Below, piece by piece: positions 43,187-57,174 of a stretch of DNA of 64,000 nt (the stretch's first letter is position 1; every line of letters begins with the position of its first letter). The DNA lies in the NCBI GenBank assembly GCA_964016885.1, contig OZ024742.1, positions 211,358,001 through 211,422,000 on the forward strand, given 5' to 3'. A program made the translations under genes and the position numbers. The notes beneath the pieces were generated by a model. It did no database searches. It worked only from the letters and a program-made list of their open reading frames with translations, and was not told the DNA's origin. Origin of the DNA: Eledone cirrhosa (lineage: Eukaryota).

Positions 43187-44411
43187 CTAGCTGAATTACC
43201 CGGCGTTGCCAGGGTTAGTGCTGTTCTTATTCAGATTAGTAAATAATAAATATGAAGATATGTTTTTCTCATAATTATTTCAAAATATCTATATTTTATT
43301 TTTAAAAATATCAAAATTGTAATGATAATAGAATTTAGAATTCTTGAAGCACCTTAGCGTAAACAATATTGATTGTGTAATTTTTTTTTTTTTTTAATGT
43401 CCAAATGAATAAATTGTTGCTACACACTCACACACATACACTCTCACATACATATACTAAGATAGACACGCATAGCTTTTACATTCACGCAGACATGCAT
43501 AGCTTTTCACCTAATTTTTTTGTCTGTCGCTACATTGTAGATGTGTGTGTGTATTTAATAATGCGCCTAATGAACGCGCGCACACACACACGCAGACATA
43601 ATATTCATATACAAAATGTGACGTCCTTGTGTTGTTTTCTATTGTTTTAATCCAAATGAAAATAAAAATTAATCACACACTCACACACACTACACACACA
43701 TACACTCTCACATATACTCACACACACTCACATACACTCTCACATACATATACTAAGACAGACATACATTCACGCACACCTTTCTGTCTTCACATATGTA
43801 TCTGTGTGTGAAGATAATGTGTATGCAACTTACTAAGGCTATATGTATGTGTAGATGTGTGTGTGTGTTTAATTCTCTGAAGCCTAACGTAGTTAACGAA
43901 CTCCCAAACACGCACACAATCACAGACACATACACTCTCATATACAAAATGTGACGTGGTGGTGGTGGTGGTGGTGATTTACTATAGTTGACTAAAGAAA
44001 ATATCGTTATGTCAGTCAACACACATACACTCTAACATACATTCACATATACTACGACAGAGACATACACATACAAAATGTGACGTCTACACTCTCGCAT
44101 ACACTCACACACATGTGTATGTATGTGTAGATGTGTGTGTGTTTAATTCTCTGAGTCCTAACGTTCATAACAAACACACACACTCAGAGACACATACACA
44201 CTCATATACAAAATGTAAGTTGTCATCATCATATAGTTGACTAGAGAAATATTTAGATAAAATGTTATATTGTTTAATCCAAATGAAAATAAAAATTACA
44301 CGTTGACACTCCCTGGGTCTAATACTATTACATTGTAAAATTTGATTTGATTTGGTCCAGCCGTTAGAGAATGCATAGGAACAGACAGACAAAGAATTTT
44401 ATAAAGAGAGA
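43187..44411 (-). mobile_element. Non-autonomous Helitron-like element with internal repeats
   Basis: Left end actagctgaattacccggcgttgccaggg (reverse of hairpin plus CTAG); right end acagacagac..ttttataaagagaga (reverse 5' TC); internal CA-rich direct repeats. Confidence 0.7.
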
Positions 44412-44449
44412 TCTGTGTGTGTGTACATATATATGCATGCGCGCGCGTA

Positions 44450-46640
44450 TATTTCAATGTAAGTGAATGAAGAGCAACGGAAATAACACATTATAGTGTT
44501 AGTATGACACTTAAGAGAAGGAATAAAAGTGCCTTAACGTTTCGGACGCTAGTCTTTGTCATAAAGGGAAACGTGGAAGAAAATGAGGATATATTTTTTA
44601 AAAAATATTAAATAAACGGGATAGACTTCATAAAGAAAATAAGGAGAACAAAGGAAGATAAGAAAAAGAAGTCAGAGGGAAAACTAAAATTGACTTTTGT
44701 CAGGGAAGAGAGGTAAGTAAGGCGAAAATGTGTGTTTTAAAAATATGTAACTCTATGTATGACTGCTGGTCAACTGTGTGGAGTTATTTAGTGTGTTCAA
44801 GCGTAGCATTCAAAAGTCACAGATTGTCAAAAAATGAAGGCAGTACTCAATACATGGTGTTATGTTTATTTTAACTGATTTATTTTCTCCCAACTCCAGT
44901 TTCACGCCACTCCAATTATCAAATGAACAGCTCTCATATTTCGATATTTTGAGCTAGCTTTATATACACTGCAACGGATTAATTCTTTTGTGTATGATTA
45001 TCGGTTTCTTTAGCTAATTTCCATTAAGACATTGTCTATGGTTGCCATTGCTTCATTTGAAAAATTGCTGATTATTCTGTTTTTCATTGGTCAGCTTTGT
45101 TATTATATTTAGGTTGTCATTTGTTTTTAATACATGCCCTCATCTTTATTGTATTTTTCATTGGCCTATTCAGTGGTTATCCGAGCTTTCCTTGTTGATT
45201 TCGTAACCATGCCCTGTTTTGCTGAAATTGTTTATTTGTTGATCATTTGATTCAGTGGGTTTTCTTTTTCTAACTGTCAATTGCGTGTTCAGATCTTGTT
45301 TTGTTAATTCTGGCTAATTCATGAGTTTCTCGTCTATAGCGTTATCATATCCTGTTTTGCTAAAATTATCAAGGTATCTAATTTATTATATACCAAATTG
45401 TTATTTTATATATAATATAGTTTTAAATGTCTTTTACTTACTCCGTTGGCGTTGTATTAATATTTTACATCTGATGAATTTAAATTAACTTTTACGTAGA
45501 TTAAATTGTTGATGATTTTTGTTTTGTTATTCCATTAAGTTAGCATTGGCATGGCTCCATTGCTGTTGCTCCTTCGGATATTTACTCTCTTTACTCTTCG
45601 AAGCAGTTTTTAAAATGAATTTATTTTGCCATTTGAAACAATATTATATCATTTCTTCACTTGAGAACTCATTTGTGTTGCATAATTATACCGTAAGCTT
45701 CTAATGTGCACAGGGAGCATGTTCTAGAACTATACAGATAAGGAGCGGAACTATCTGTTATTGTCCAGATTATATATTTATTTATATTATTTTCCCTTAA
45801 ATCCCAAATGTTCTTCTATGGTGACTTGTAGTTGTTATTCCATAAATATTGCCGAACGAGTGTATGTGTCATGTGCATCTGTCTTTGAACGTCGCGCTTG
45901 CTCCGATCTAAGTTTTGTTGGATTGTCACTCTTGCAGAATTGTGACTTTATAGAGTTTTTTCTTCTTTTTAGTCAATTTCCACTTAACTGTCATGGTTTT
46001 CATCCGTTGCTGTTGCATCCATTTCCAGCTGTGGATTTCTACACTTATATAGCTATTTATAACTTGGATGACTTGTTTTCTGTTCCTTGTGCGACTATAA
46101 CTACATCTTACATTGTTTTATTGAAGAGCTTGTGATATCTATGGTCGATTGGTTGGAAAGTGTTTGGGAATTTATATTACGAATTCTTTTTTTTTCTTTT
46201 TTTGACAAATTTGTTACTAGGTTTAAGATGAAGGGTGAGTTGAGCCAGGTGATGTTTCATTTTTCTCTTCTTTTTATTTTGCTATATTTAGTTTATAGTT
46301 CGATTATATGGTTTTAGATTTGTATTCTAATTTATCTTTAAATTCGCTCACTTTTATAGTTTAATTGTGAAATACTACTGTATTGGTCAATTATTGTCGT
46401 GGAATATTGTAGAGATTCTCAAGCTAGGCTCTTTATTGTTGATGACCGGTAGCAGTTGGCATATTTCCAGAATAAATTTGTTCACACGCGGATACAATTT
46501 TAGCTTTTTTCTGTAATCCAGCATTGCATCAAGATATTATACTTTTCAGCCAAACATTACTTGTTTCTCTTAGATGCAATGGAATATAAGGTTGAGGTTT
46601 CAACAAAGTTCCTATTTATAGAGATGCTGTTATCTCAATG
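44450..46640 (-). pseudogene. Heavily decayed Penelope-like retroelement (RT, possible GIY-YIG) with a hammerhead remnant at its 3' end
   Basis: Minus-strand motif remnants TAM..ANLM (45530-45570), RYLD (45368-45379) and VYKA (about 44960) in the order expected for a PLE; H2-type gactagcgtccGAAAcgTTaagg at 44532-44568. Confidence 0.6.
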
Positions 46641-46701
46641 TCCATTCCTATCAGACACTTTACTAATATATTTTGGCAATTTATACACACAAATATATGT
46701 A

Positions 46702-47111
<410 letters not shown>

Positions 47112-47493
47112 ATATATATATATATAAGATAGTAATGTGAACGTAAACAAGAGAAGAAACCCTTCATCAGCTGTTAACTGGGATCATAGATGTTTCGGCG
47201 CTTAAAACATGACATCGAAATCGATCAGCAGCGCGCCCAAAGCCATTTATCGATCAAAAGGCCATGCGGGAAAGAAAAGAAAAAATAGTGAAGAGAGAGG
47301 AAAAAGAGAAAAAAGGAAAGAGGAAAAAACGAAGTAAACAAACCAAATGGAGGGGTTGGGGGGACAGGACAATGGCACATGCAAGTGAGTAACGGAGGAG
47401 AAAATAGAATAAGTTACAACGAACCGATTAGACTTAAGTCCTGAGGTCAAACAACTGCGGAGCGATGTTTTTCCGTGCGATCTCAGCAATATG

Positions 47494-47528
<35 letters not shown>

Positions 47529-47766
47529 GGAGAAACCGGAAATGAAAGGGAGATAATCCAAGAGGGCTTTACAACATGTGTGAAACACGGTCGAAAACGA
47601 GCAGATGGATATAGAGAGACAGTGGGAGAGAACGAGAGAGAGAGAAAGGGGAGGGGGAGAAGGAGAGAGTCGATATGAAAGCGTGGTGGGACAACATTAC
47701 TATCTTACATTTTGTTTACAATAACCACACAGCCCGCTTCGTTTCTTGTAATTTTATGTATATATA

Positions 47767-48821
47767 TATATAAATTTTAGTACAGCATTAACGAAGCTTT
47801 AGAACACGGCCAAGTTAACGAATGCAGAATCGGTCTGTAGCTTTAGCACTCGGATGAGGAAGAACCCCAGAGTAATAAGATTACGTTCAGACAGCTTAGC
47901 AAATCAGATATAGCGGTCGGCAGTCCAGCCGCGGCACTAGAGCAACGAAAATACAGGACCCAGGAAAAGATTTTATACTGACCCGGACAGAGCGGTGAGG
48001 CTGAGTGCAAAATATATAACTTACATCGTATATCACACAATATACATCACATACAGCACGCAACATCAGCGCTAAGTTTCTGCAAATCCAAGATCGACAA
48101 ATTCCGATTGCAGGAGTCTGCAATATAATGGTTTTTGACGACAGAACATAGGATTTCCTTCTTCAGCAAGTCTTTCGTTCTTAGCCTGAGCGGGTATGTT
48201 GTAGCTTTAAATTTCGCCACAGACACGTGGTTTTCTCCAAGGGAGGTAACCCCCGCTTAGGCGGTGAATTCCAATTTGAGATAAAGGAATGAATCCCTTT
48301 AGACAAACCGAATTAAACACTCAACCAGAAGTTATCAAACAAACATAAACAATTAATCAATCAATAGAATCATCTAATTAAATTAATCAGTTAATCGTTA
48401 ATTCTAGGAGTAAATATAAATTTTAGTACAGCATTAACGAAGCTTTAGAACACGGCCAAGCTAACGAATGCAGAATCGGTCTGTAGCTTTAGCACTCGGA
48501 TGGGGAAGAACCCCAGAGTAATAACATTACATTCAAACAGCTTAGCAAATCAGATATAGCGGTCGGCAGTCCAGCCGCGGCACTAGAGCAACGAAAATAC
48601 AGGACCCAGGAAAAGATTTTATACTGACCCAGACAGAACGGTGAGGCTGAGTGCAAAATATATAACTTACATCGTATATCACACAATATACATCACATAC
48701 AGCACGCAACATCAGCGCTAAGTTTCTGCAAATCCAAGATCGACAAATTCCGATTGCAGAAGTCTGCAATATAATGGTTTTTGACGACAGAACATAGGAT
48801 TTCCTTCTTCAGCAAGTCTTT
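47767..48821. repeat. Direct repeat pair of about 405 bp (47767-48175, 48414-48821) with a spacer of about 240 bp
   Basis: Near-identical copies; the ORF track shows duplicated translations. Confidence 0.9.
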
Positions 48822-49198
48822 TTTATACGTGTTTGTGTGTGTGAATTTTATATATCTAATGATATACGATATGTTTACAAATAAACATTTGGAAAGCCCT
48901 TTAGCTAATAATATTGAAAAGCTGGCGGCTAGCGGCATCTAGCGGATTCCAGCTGAAATAGCGGAGGGACTACTGCAAACGCGTTTCTTACCCAGGCCGT
49001 TATTAGCACAGTGCTTCCTGCTCTCTGATGGAATTTGATACAGGCGAAAATATATAGTTTTTTTTTCACTATGTTGATGGGCTGATTAGCCTCATTTACA
49101 TATGGAGCTGTCAAACCGGCTCAGCTTGAAAGTAGAATTAAAGTTTTCGCTCCGATATAGCTATATATATATACACTTTAATTTATATATATATATAT

Positions 49199-49408
49199 AT
49201 TAGAAAATAGAATAGCTTTCACCGTATTTTTTTGACTAAAGGCATTTTAGCCTGATAATGGGGTTTAGAACCCTCAGATAAAAAGAAAAAGATGAGTATT
49301 GACGTCAATACTCATCTTTTTCCATTTATCTGAGGGTTCTAAACCCCATTATCAGGCTAAAATGCCTTTAGTCAAAAAAATACGGTGAAAGCTATTCTAT
49401 TTTCTAAT
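49199..49408. repeat. Near-perfect 210-bp palindrome between (TA)n tracts
   Basis: Centre ttgacgtcaa at 49299-49308; arms complementary out to attagaaaatag / ctattttctaat. Confidence 0.9.
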
Positions 49409-49443
49409 TTCAAACCTGCTCACTGTTTCAAAACATACTTACT

Positions 49444-49489
<46 letters not shown>

Positions 49490-49493
<4 letters not shown>

Positions 49494-50894
49494 AAAGGTG
49501 GACCATAACGCACCAGAGTACTCAATACTTGGGCGAATAGAGTGTGTAATAGGAAAAGATTCAGGACCCCGACGGCTGAGCTCCGGCCGTTTCGACAGCT
49601 AGATCCGAATCTAGCTGAACTTATCAAGGGGTACAGTCCATATATGGGCATGCAGTCAAAGCAAAAAAAATCTAAGCAAAAAATCTTAAAAGTTTGTTGT
49701 TGTTCTTGTCTTTCACGGGGAGTGGTCAGTGATTTGGGATGTCATGTATATAGTTTATTACCTTCATGGCGGTGGGGGGAGGGGGGGGGGGGGGGGCTAA
49801 ACAGGCCGAAATACAAGAGGGAAGGGGTAAGAAGGCGGACTGACCTGAGGAAGCAAAGCCAGGCAGGCGTGCACGCACGGCATTGAGAGAGATTTTATTC
49901 TATACAAGTATTTATAATCTGTAGAAACGGTATTGTACTAAACTTCAATTCAAAGGGATTAAAAGCAAACGAGTGAAAGGCATATATAAGTGAAAGAGGG
50001 TAGCATATAGTATTTATGTTAAGTTTGCCTTATCTAACACTTTGGTAAAAAGCCAAGCATTTATATTTTATTACTAATTCAGCTCCACACAAAGAAATCT
50101 AGTTATCATTTACTCTGAGGCCCAGGAAAGGCGCCTCATACACTAATTTACTTGTTTTTTCTATATATTCAAACACCCTAAAAAAAATCCACCCTTAGTC
50201 TTAAAGATAGTACTAATCATCTCTTCTCTAGTACTGTTATAAATTAGCCATGATTTTGTAGCAAAGTAAATTCCTCAAAAAGCCTGAAAGTGTCAATTTA
50301 ACATGTATTTCAGAGCTATTGGCAAACATTAGCAAAAGAAAAAAACATTGGCTAATAGGTTTCTTTAACAGATCAGACGCTATAGTTAGTGGTGGTGCTT
50401 AAGAGTTAGTATGATATAAGTTCTTATGCTAATACACGTTAACTCTGTATACCGTGCCCTCCATAGCAGCTGTCCGGTAATGCCTATGAGTAAATTTGTG
50501 CATCATGCTTAAACTATGATTAATAGGTCTAGTAAGTATCATGTTCGCCGATTCCATAGGGCTATATGTATATTTTAGCAAGAGTGAAAATATTCCGTAT
50601 TTACCTATGGAAGATTAGGAACTTCCCTCTTGTATTTCGGCCTGTTTAGCCCCCCACTGCCATGAAGGTAATAAACTATATACATGACATCCCAGATCAC
50701 TGACCACAGACCGTGAAAGACAAGAACTTTTAAGATTTTTTGCTTAGATTTTTTTGCTTTGACTGCATGCCCATATATGGACTGTACCCCTTGATAAATT
50801 CAGCTAGATTCCCGCCGTTCTAATACTTGTGGCTTAGTTCGGATCTAGCTGTCGAAACGGTCGGAGCTCAGCCGTCGGGGTCCTGAATCTTTTC
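49490..50894. mobile_element. H3-related PLE-like element with inverted terminal repeats of about 270 bp
   Basis: 49554-49824 is the reverse complement of 50622-50894; flanked by (TA)n; contains CTTGATAA-stem-GAAAcggTC. Confidence 0.75.
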
Positions 50895-50909
50895 ATATAT
50901 ATATATATA

Positions 50910-51608
50910 TATATTGTATGCTCTATATGTTTTTGTACAAGATGTCTAAATTATTGGTACAATAACGATATCTTGTGAGTTCCCTCTGTTTCGGAAATGT
51001 TAGCACCTATACGTGGCGGGCTTATTGGTCAGCAAGTCGGTATATATTTTTTATATCCCGATATCTTCATTATATTTCTCCCCAGTTCAAAAACGTAGGT
51101 TGAATATTTCACGGCTGGTACGGTGCTATATGTAGTAACCCCCCCCCCCCCCCCTGCCTTCTACTGTCCTTGACTCTAGCAGTCCCTGGCAGATCGCCTG
51201 ACATGCAACACATATTTGGGTCCTGTCTCGCATTTATACGTAGACAGTTGAAGTCCTGTATATTTGGTTAATTAATCGATTGATTGATTAATTAAGATTG
51301 ACCCACGGGCGAAAGTTCCTATCTTGGTGTGTTAATTATCCATTTAATTGTGGTGATTATCATGTTTCTTCAGAACCAGAAACAGTGGCTGTCTGGGCAT
51401 GTATTAGAACGGTATGTTGCTAATATAAAGAATGTAATATTTCATTGTTCTAACTGATTGTATGCACTATGTGTATTTTGTGCAAGGTATCTAAATTGTT
51501 GTACCAATAACGATATCTTGTAAGTACCCTTTGTTTTAGCGCCCTTTCATTGAGGGCTTATTGGTCAGCAAGTCGATATATTTTTATATACCGATTTCTT
51601 CATTATAT
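50910..51608. repeat. Diverged direct repeat pair of about 150 bp (50930-51075, 51478-51608)
   Basis: Shared caataacgatatcttgt and gggcttattggtcagcaagtcg..ttcattatat. Confidence 0.75.
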
Positions 51609-51849
51609 ATCATCTGCGTGTGTGCGTGCGTGTGTATGGATCTTTCCGGGTTTTTTTGACTAGATGATAAGTTACTTGAAATATATGAAACTGGATTCTT
51701 TCTTGATATCTTTTAACTATACAATTGTATGTATGTACTTGTAACTCCTGGTGGAGTCGTATGGGCGCGGCAGTAACATACAGCGCTTCTTGGGCATTAC
51801 ACAGTCGATTTTTCCAGTGAAGGCTAGAGAGGAAGTGAGAAGGATATAG

Positions 51850-52020
51850 AGAAAAAGAATTGGCTCCAGCATTGGACTGGTACTTTTTGTTATCCTCCTC
51901 GAAAGGATGAAATACAAAGTTGACCTCGGTGGGATTTGAACTCAGAGCGCAGAGTTGGAACAAATACCACAAAGCATTTTATTCAGCGATCTAACGGGTC
52001 GACCACTTTGCCGCTTATAA
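51850..52020 (-). mobile_element. SINE, family S2
   Basis: ggatgaaatacaaagttgacctcggtgggatttgaactcaga is the reverse of the S2 body. Confidence 0.7.
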
Positions 52021-52559
52021 TTATAGTATTATGAAGGCATACGGATTGAAAAGGTTAAATCGAACGCCACACGCTAATCTAACGTGAATTAACTGGCCTG
52101 GTGGGTCGCGGAAAATTAAAATATTCGTCTATAATTATATTTGGTTTAAAAGAGGTGCTGGACCATCACTTATTTTCTTATTTCAAAATGATTATACTGT
52201 GCCTTCCCCACTCACTTCCTTTTTCCCTTCCTTCCTTCTTTCTCTCCTCTTCCATATTTGTTTATCCCCCGGCAAAGACACTGGCACAACCATTCTCTCT
52301 CTCTCCCACTTTTTCCTCTAAACATTGACAGTAATACACAGACGTAGACATAGCCACAGCGCTTGGCGTCGGTGTATCCACCTTCCCACCCCCACCACCA
52401 TACGGTATACACTCACTCCAACCCCACCACCGAATATGTTGTTGGTGCGGTCACCCACCCACTTCCACCACCGAGTCAAAGATGACACGGGAAGTCACAG
52501 TTCTGATCATGCATGTAATCGATTCAGGTGTATAGGTTACCTGGTGTCTACCTGCAGGC

Positions 52560-55500
52560 GACAATTTTATTCGACATCACTTTGAACGACCGAACACTCT
52601 TCTATAAGGTTAATACTGTTTGCTCCACGCGGAGAAGGGCTTAGAAATGGAGACCTAACCAAAGTTCATTTCCTCCCAGCTAGCTAACCGCGATCAACAG
52701 GCATCTGAAAATGTCGAGTTACAACAAGTAAAAAGTACATGCCTGCATCACAAGATGTAAAGAAACAGAAATTGAAGCTCGCTTGTTAGAATATCACGAC
52801 TTTATTTGATACAGCAGATGATACGCTCAAAATGACGCTCTGCTCTAGTTGCACATTGACTTTCAAACCGAATGTTGACTTGCTACTCTTAATGAAATCC
52901 GCATCGAAGAAGAGGGCACTTTTCAAGAATAAGGTGTCTGTTAAACCCTCTACTGGTCTGGCAAACCAAAAACTGAAAGATGCCTTTCTGGCGTTGGGTT
53001 TATGATCGGAAACTCCATCTACTCCTGACTCAAAATCTCTCAATGGGTCACTCGGACTGCAACATCTCCGTGCGTCTCTCAATCCGAGCAAAAAACAAAA
53101 AACATAAAAAACATTACGTTTTTTTAGCAGATCGTGTAGAAAAGGAGAAATGTTATGCTGATTTACGTAACCTTGTACGAAACACTTCTGCAGACGACAA
53201 GACCATCATCCTTGCCAATTTTAATGCCAGAGTAGACTGCGAGTCAAAAATATGGAAGTACTTAGCAAACAATGATGTTGGAAACTGCAACGACAAGCGC
53301 AGAGCGGTAACACAGCATTACTAACATCGGTTTCCAACAAAAAGGCAGGCTGAAGATAACTTAGATATATTCTCGGTTCAGGCATTGACACCTCATAGAC
53401 TACACTTTAGTGCGTCAGAGAGGCATTTAAAATGTTCTACATACAAGAGTAATGCCCGATGCGGAGTGTCATACGCACCATCGTCTTGTTTGCTGTTCAA
53501 TCTCCATTTCAAGCTCAAGATAAAGCGAGGAGGCACCTCAAGACATTTCAAGTTGGTGATATCTAGTCTACTAAGGTGAGAGCTGATTCCCACGTGAATC
53601 TTCTGTCAGTTCTTAAATATCTCAGCTTTTCTGTGGATCCCTCTCTACGGGTCCTTTGGAACATCTAAAACCCACCGTATTGAAGTCCTTCGAAAAAGTC
53701 CCGGGGATTTCTACAAGGAAGATCAGAGACAGGTTCAACGAAAATAGTAAGGAAATCCTTGGCCTACCGGGAAACATTCAACTCATCAAGCACACCTGAC
53801 TCAATCATCTTGTCCTGTTAAGAAAGCAAGCTGCAGCTCTGAGAGATTCAGACCATGTGGTGGACCAAAACGAAGTCAAATTTGTGTAGACATCAGTGTC
53901 TACAAATGGTTCTACGAGACTCTAAAGGGAGTGTATGACTCTACGTGGTTAGTTCAGTTCAGAGTGCCATGCGCAGTGCTAGTTAGAACATCCATCTTGA
54001 ATCGCTGATTAGAACATTTCCAAACTCTCCTCAGTACCACTCACACCTCTCAACAACCAGTGAAAACGGGGTCCAGCCATAGAAGAGACTGTAAAGATCA
54101 CAAGGCAGCAGAAGTTAGTGGAATCACGCCAAGGATTTGGAAAGGTGAGGGCCAGCTCTAAGCATCAAACTCTACAAGTTTGCTGGAAACAAGGCAAACG
54201 TTTACATGACCTTCGCGAGACAGTTATCATCACCCTGTATAAGAACAAAGGAGGGAAATCTGATAGGTCCAACTACCAGGGAATAATTATGATCTCCATT
54301 CCATAGAAGATCCTAGCAAGAGTTCTCTTGAATAGATTAGTTCTGACCATTGCAGAAAAACACCTACTGGAGAGCCATTGTGGATTCAGAGCTATCAGAA
54401 GCAACACTCACATGGTCTCTGTTCTCGGACAGCTCCATAAGAAATGCGGGGAACAGAACAAAGGACTGTGTGTGACTTTTGTAGTTCTTACCAAAGCATT
54501 CGATACTGTGAGCACGAGAGGTCTATGGAAGGACATGAAACGCCTGTGATGTTCACCACCACAACCACCACCACCTAAATAAAATCTTAACATGGTCAAC
54601 CAGCATGACCAGGTTAGATGCAATTATGAGCTCTCTAGTCCATTTCTCCATAGGAAACGGCATAAAGCAGGACCGCGTCTTTGCGCCGACACTTTTTACC
54701 TTCTTCCATATGATGCACACAAGGGCCACAGAGCGCTTTGGTGAGGATAGTGATCTCTATGCCAGATACCACACTGATTACAGCCTGTTTAATCTGAGGG
54801 GATTGTAGCCCCACTCCAAGACACTGGAGCAATTCATTTTCGTGCTACCCACTCAGAATCAGACTAGCAGCATATATTATCGTGCTTTGCTGAGGCTGCT
54901 GAGCTGTTCCGATTGGAGGTCAGCTTGAAGAAGATGGAGGTTCTCCACCAAGCCAAATCTCAGAAGGATTACCCCACCTTTCATTCTATATCACCATCGG
55001 CGAAACTGAGCTGAAGAAAGTTCACACCATTTCGTCGTATTCCAAGATTGATAATAAGATTGATAGCAGACTGACAAAGGCAAAGAGTGCATTTAATAGG
55101 CTGTACAAACAATCTGGAACAACAGATACCAGTAAAAAAACACAAAGATGAACGTGTATAGAGCCGTTGTACTGACCACGCTCTTTTATATAGCTAGGAG
55201 TCACGAGTTAATTACTGCCATCACTTACGACATCTTCAGCGCTTCTACCAGCGCTGCCTTCGCACCATCTCCACCATCCGCTAGAGAAACTTTGTCACCA
55301 ACATTGAAGACCTTCAACAGCTAGAGGTCATGATTATCGAGACCATGCTGTTAAAGACGCAACTGCGTTGGAAAGGGCATGTTCCCCTGGTGGAGAATCA
55401 TCACGGTATATCGAACTCACCACTGTCCACCATAACAAAGGGGACACAGAAAAAATGTCCAAGGATTCTTTAAAGAAATCTCTTCAAGCATGCATGTCAC

Positions 55501-55790
55501 ATTGATCAGCGTCAGTAGTCTGATGTCTCCTTTGATCATGTAACCTGGCAACTCACCATCCACCAATCTGTTTCATCCTTAAAGAATGCCAGCATAGCTG
55601 ATGTTGAGGACAAACGAAGTTTGAGGGGGGAAAATGTGATACTATACCAAACCCAGAACAGAACTTCCTATGTGGCCGCTACGGGCGAGGCTGTCTAGTT
55701 TATATTGATCTCGTCAGCCATTAGCGAGCCTACAATAGATTTGGACAGGTTCCTTCAGAAATCTTTGTTAAAGAAGTCAAGCCATGATTA
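52560..55790 (+). mobile_element. Decayed RTE-BovB-like LINE (family C)
   Basis: KEKCYADL..IILANFNARV, LYKNKGGKSDRSNYQGI, ESHCGFR..LTKAFDTV, C-terminal zinc-finger-like remnant, ends gaagtcaagccatga. Confidence 0.85.
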
Positions 55791-55916
55791 TATAAACTCA
55801 ATATTCTACCCAATTAAGGTAGGATTTATAACACTATCAAAACACGATGTTGTGTTGATGTGAATGTTAGTTTTTGTGGAAAGTGGTTTTATTTGTTTCA
55901 TTGTTCAACACTGTAT

Positions 55917-55997
<81 letters not shown>

Positions 55998-56032
55998 TAT
56001 ATATATATATATATACATATATACATACATAC

Positions 56033-56310
56033 TCGGACCGGGTGATGTGTTGTTTCCTTGAGCAAGACACTTTATTTCACATTGCTCCAGTTTACTCAGC
56101 TGTAGAAATGAGATGATAGGGACTGGGGTCCCTATCTTTCCACTGCAAAGTGGTCGTGGAGGTGCCACGGCAAAAAAGCACCCAGCACTCACTGTAAATG
56201 AGGTTGGTGTTAGGAAGGGCATCCAGCTGTAGAAATCAAGCCAGAATCAGTTCCCGTCCCACCCTTGCAAGCAGGGAAAAGCGGACGTAAATGAAATGAA
56301 ATGAAATGAA
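56033..56310 (+). mobile_element. 5'-truncated SINE, family S1
   Basis: Near-identical to 12540-12810; (gaaat)n tail. Confidence 0.9.
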
Positions 56311-56484
56311 TACATATACATATGTACGTATGGATTATATCTAACATTAATAATAATATTCGATTCGTTTGTAAACAAACAGCTTGTTAAAGCTGTGCCG
56401 ATGACTAATCCTCATTCGTTTGTTCAACACTGGCGTCGAGGAACAATCAACATGTTTCTGGGTCAACAGATTGGCAGAAAGGTA

Positions 56485-56529
56485 AACAGTCCTGATGAAG
56501 AGTAATGACCCAGAAATATGTTGATTGTT
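56485..56529 (+). ncRNA. Minimal type I hammerhead (H4) in the fold-back 56438-56533
   Basis: aacagtc-CTGATGA-agagtaatgaccca-GAAA-tatg-TT-gattgtt; the other arm has the palindromic aacatgtt. Confidence 0.7.
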
Positions 56530-56553
56530 CCTCCATGTGTATATGTATATGTG

Positions 56554-56585
<32 letters not shown>

Positions 56586-56587
56586 CG

Positions 56588-56650
<63 letters not shown>

Positions 56651-57143
56651 GTATGTATGTATGTATATATATATATATATATATAAGGTTTACGAATTTA
56701 CGAAAGTCACTGATATTATTTCAGCGATCTTCGGCCACGACTCACTCACTCAATGCATTAATAAGACTGCAGTAGTGAAACTGCATTTCGATGTTCAGAG
56801 TGCACACTTAATAGTTACTAATAAGTGCAGTGGCTGTGTTGTGGTAAAGATATGTTATGTATCTATCTCCTGGACAGATTCCGCTTCCGTACCATATTCT
56901 TCACAACTACAGATATTAAAACTGCAGTGTGCAGAAAATTGCGTATTATCAGCAAATATTACGCACTCGGGCAATTGCACTTCCTCAGCAGGTGGTGCTC
57001 AAATCAATACATAGGTCATATTGCTCCGATAATGAATCTAGCAGTTCTACGTAAACATGACACGTGACTTCTAATGAAAATACAGGAAGACCGCTGTAAG
57101 AGAAAACACGTTACGGTAGGTGAATTCAAAATGTGGAATTCCC

Positions 57144-57174
<31 letters not shown>

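Noticed and set aside
47150-47250. Minus-strand CTGATGA and gcgccGAAAcatcTA pieces
   Set aside because: The halves are not in an order that forms one hammerhead.
52595-52695. HDV-like ribozyme at the BovB-like 5' end
   Set aside because: I could not assemble a consistent P1-P4 pseudoknot by eye.
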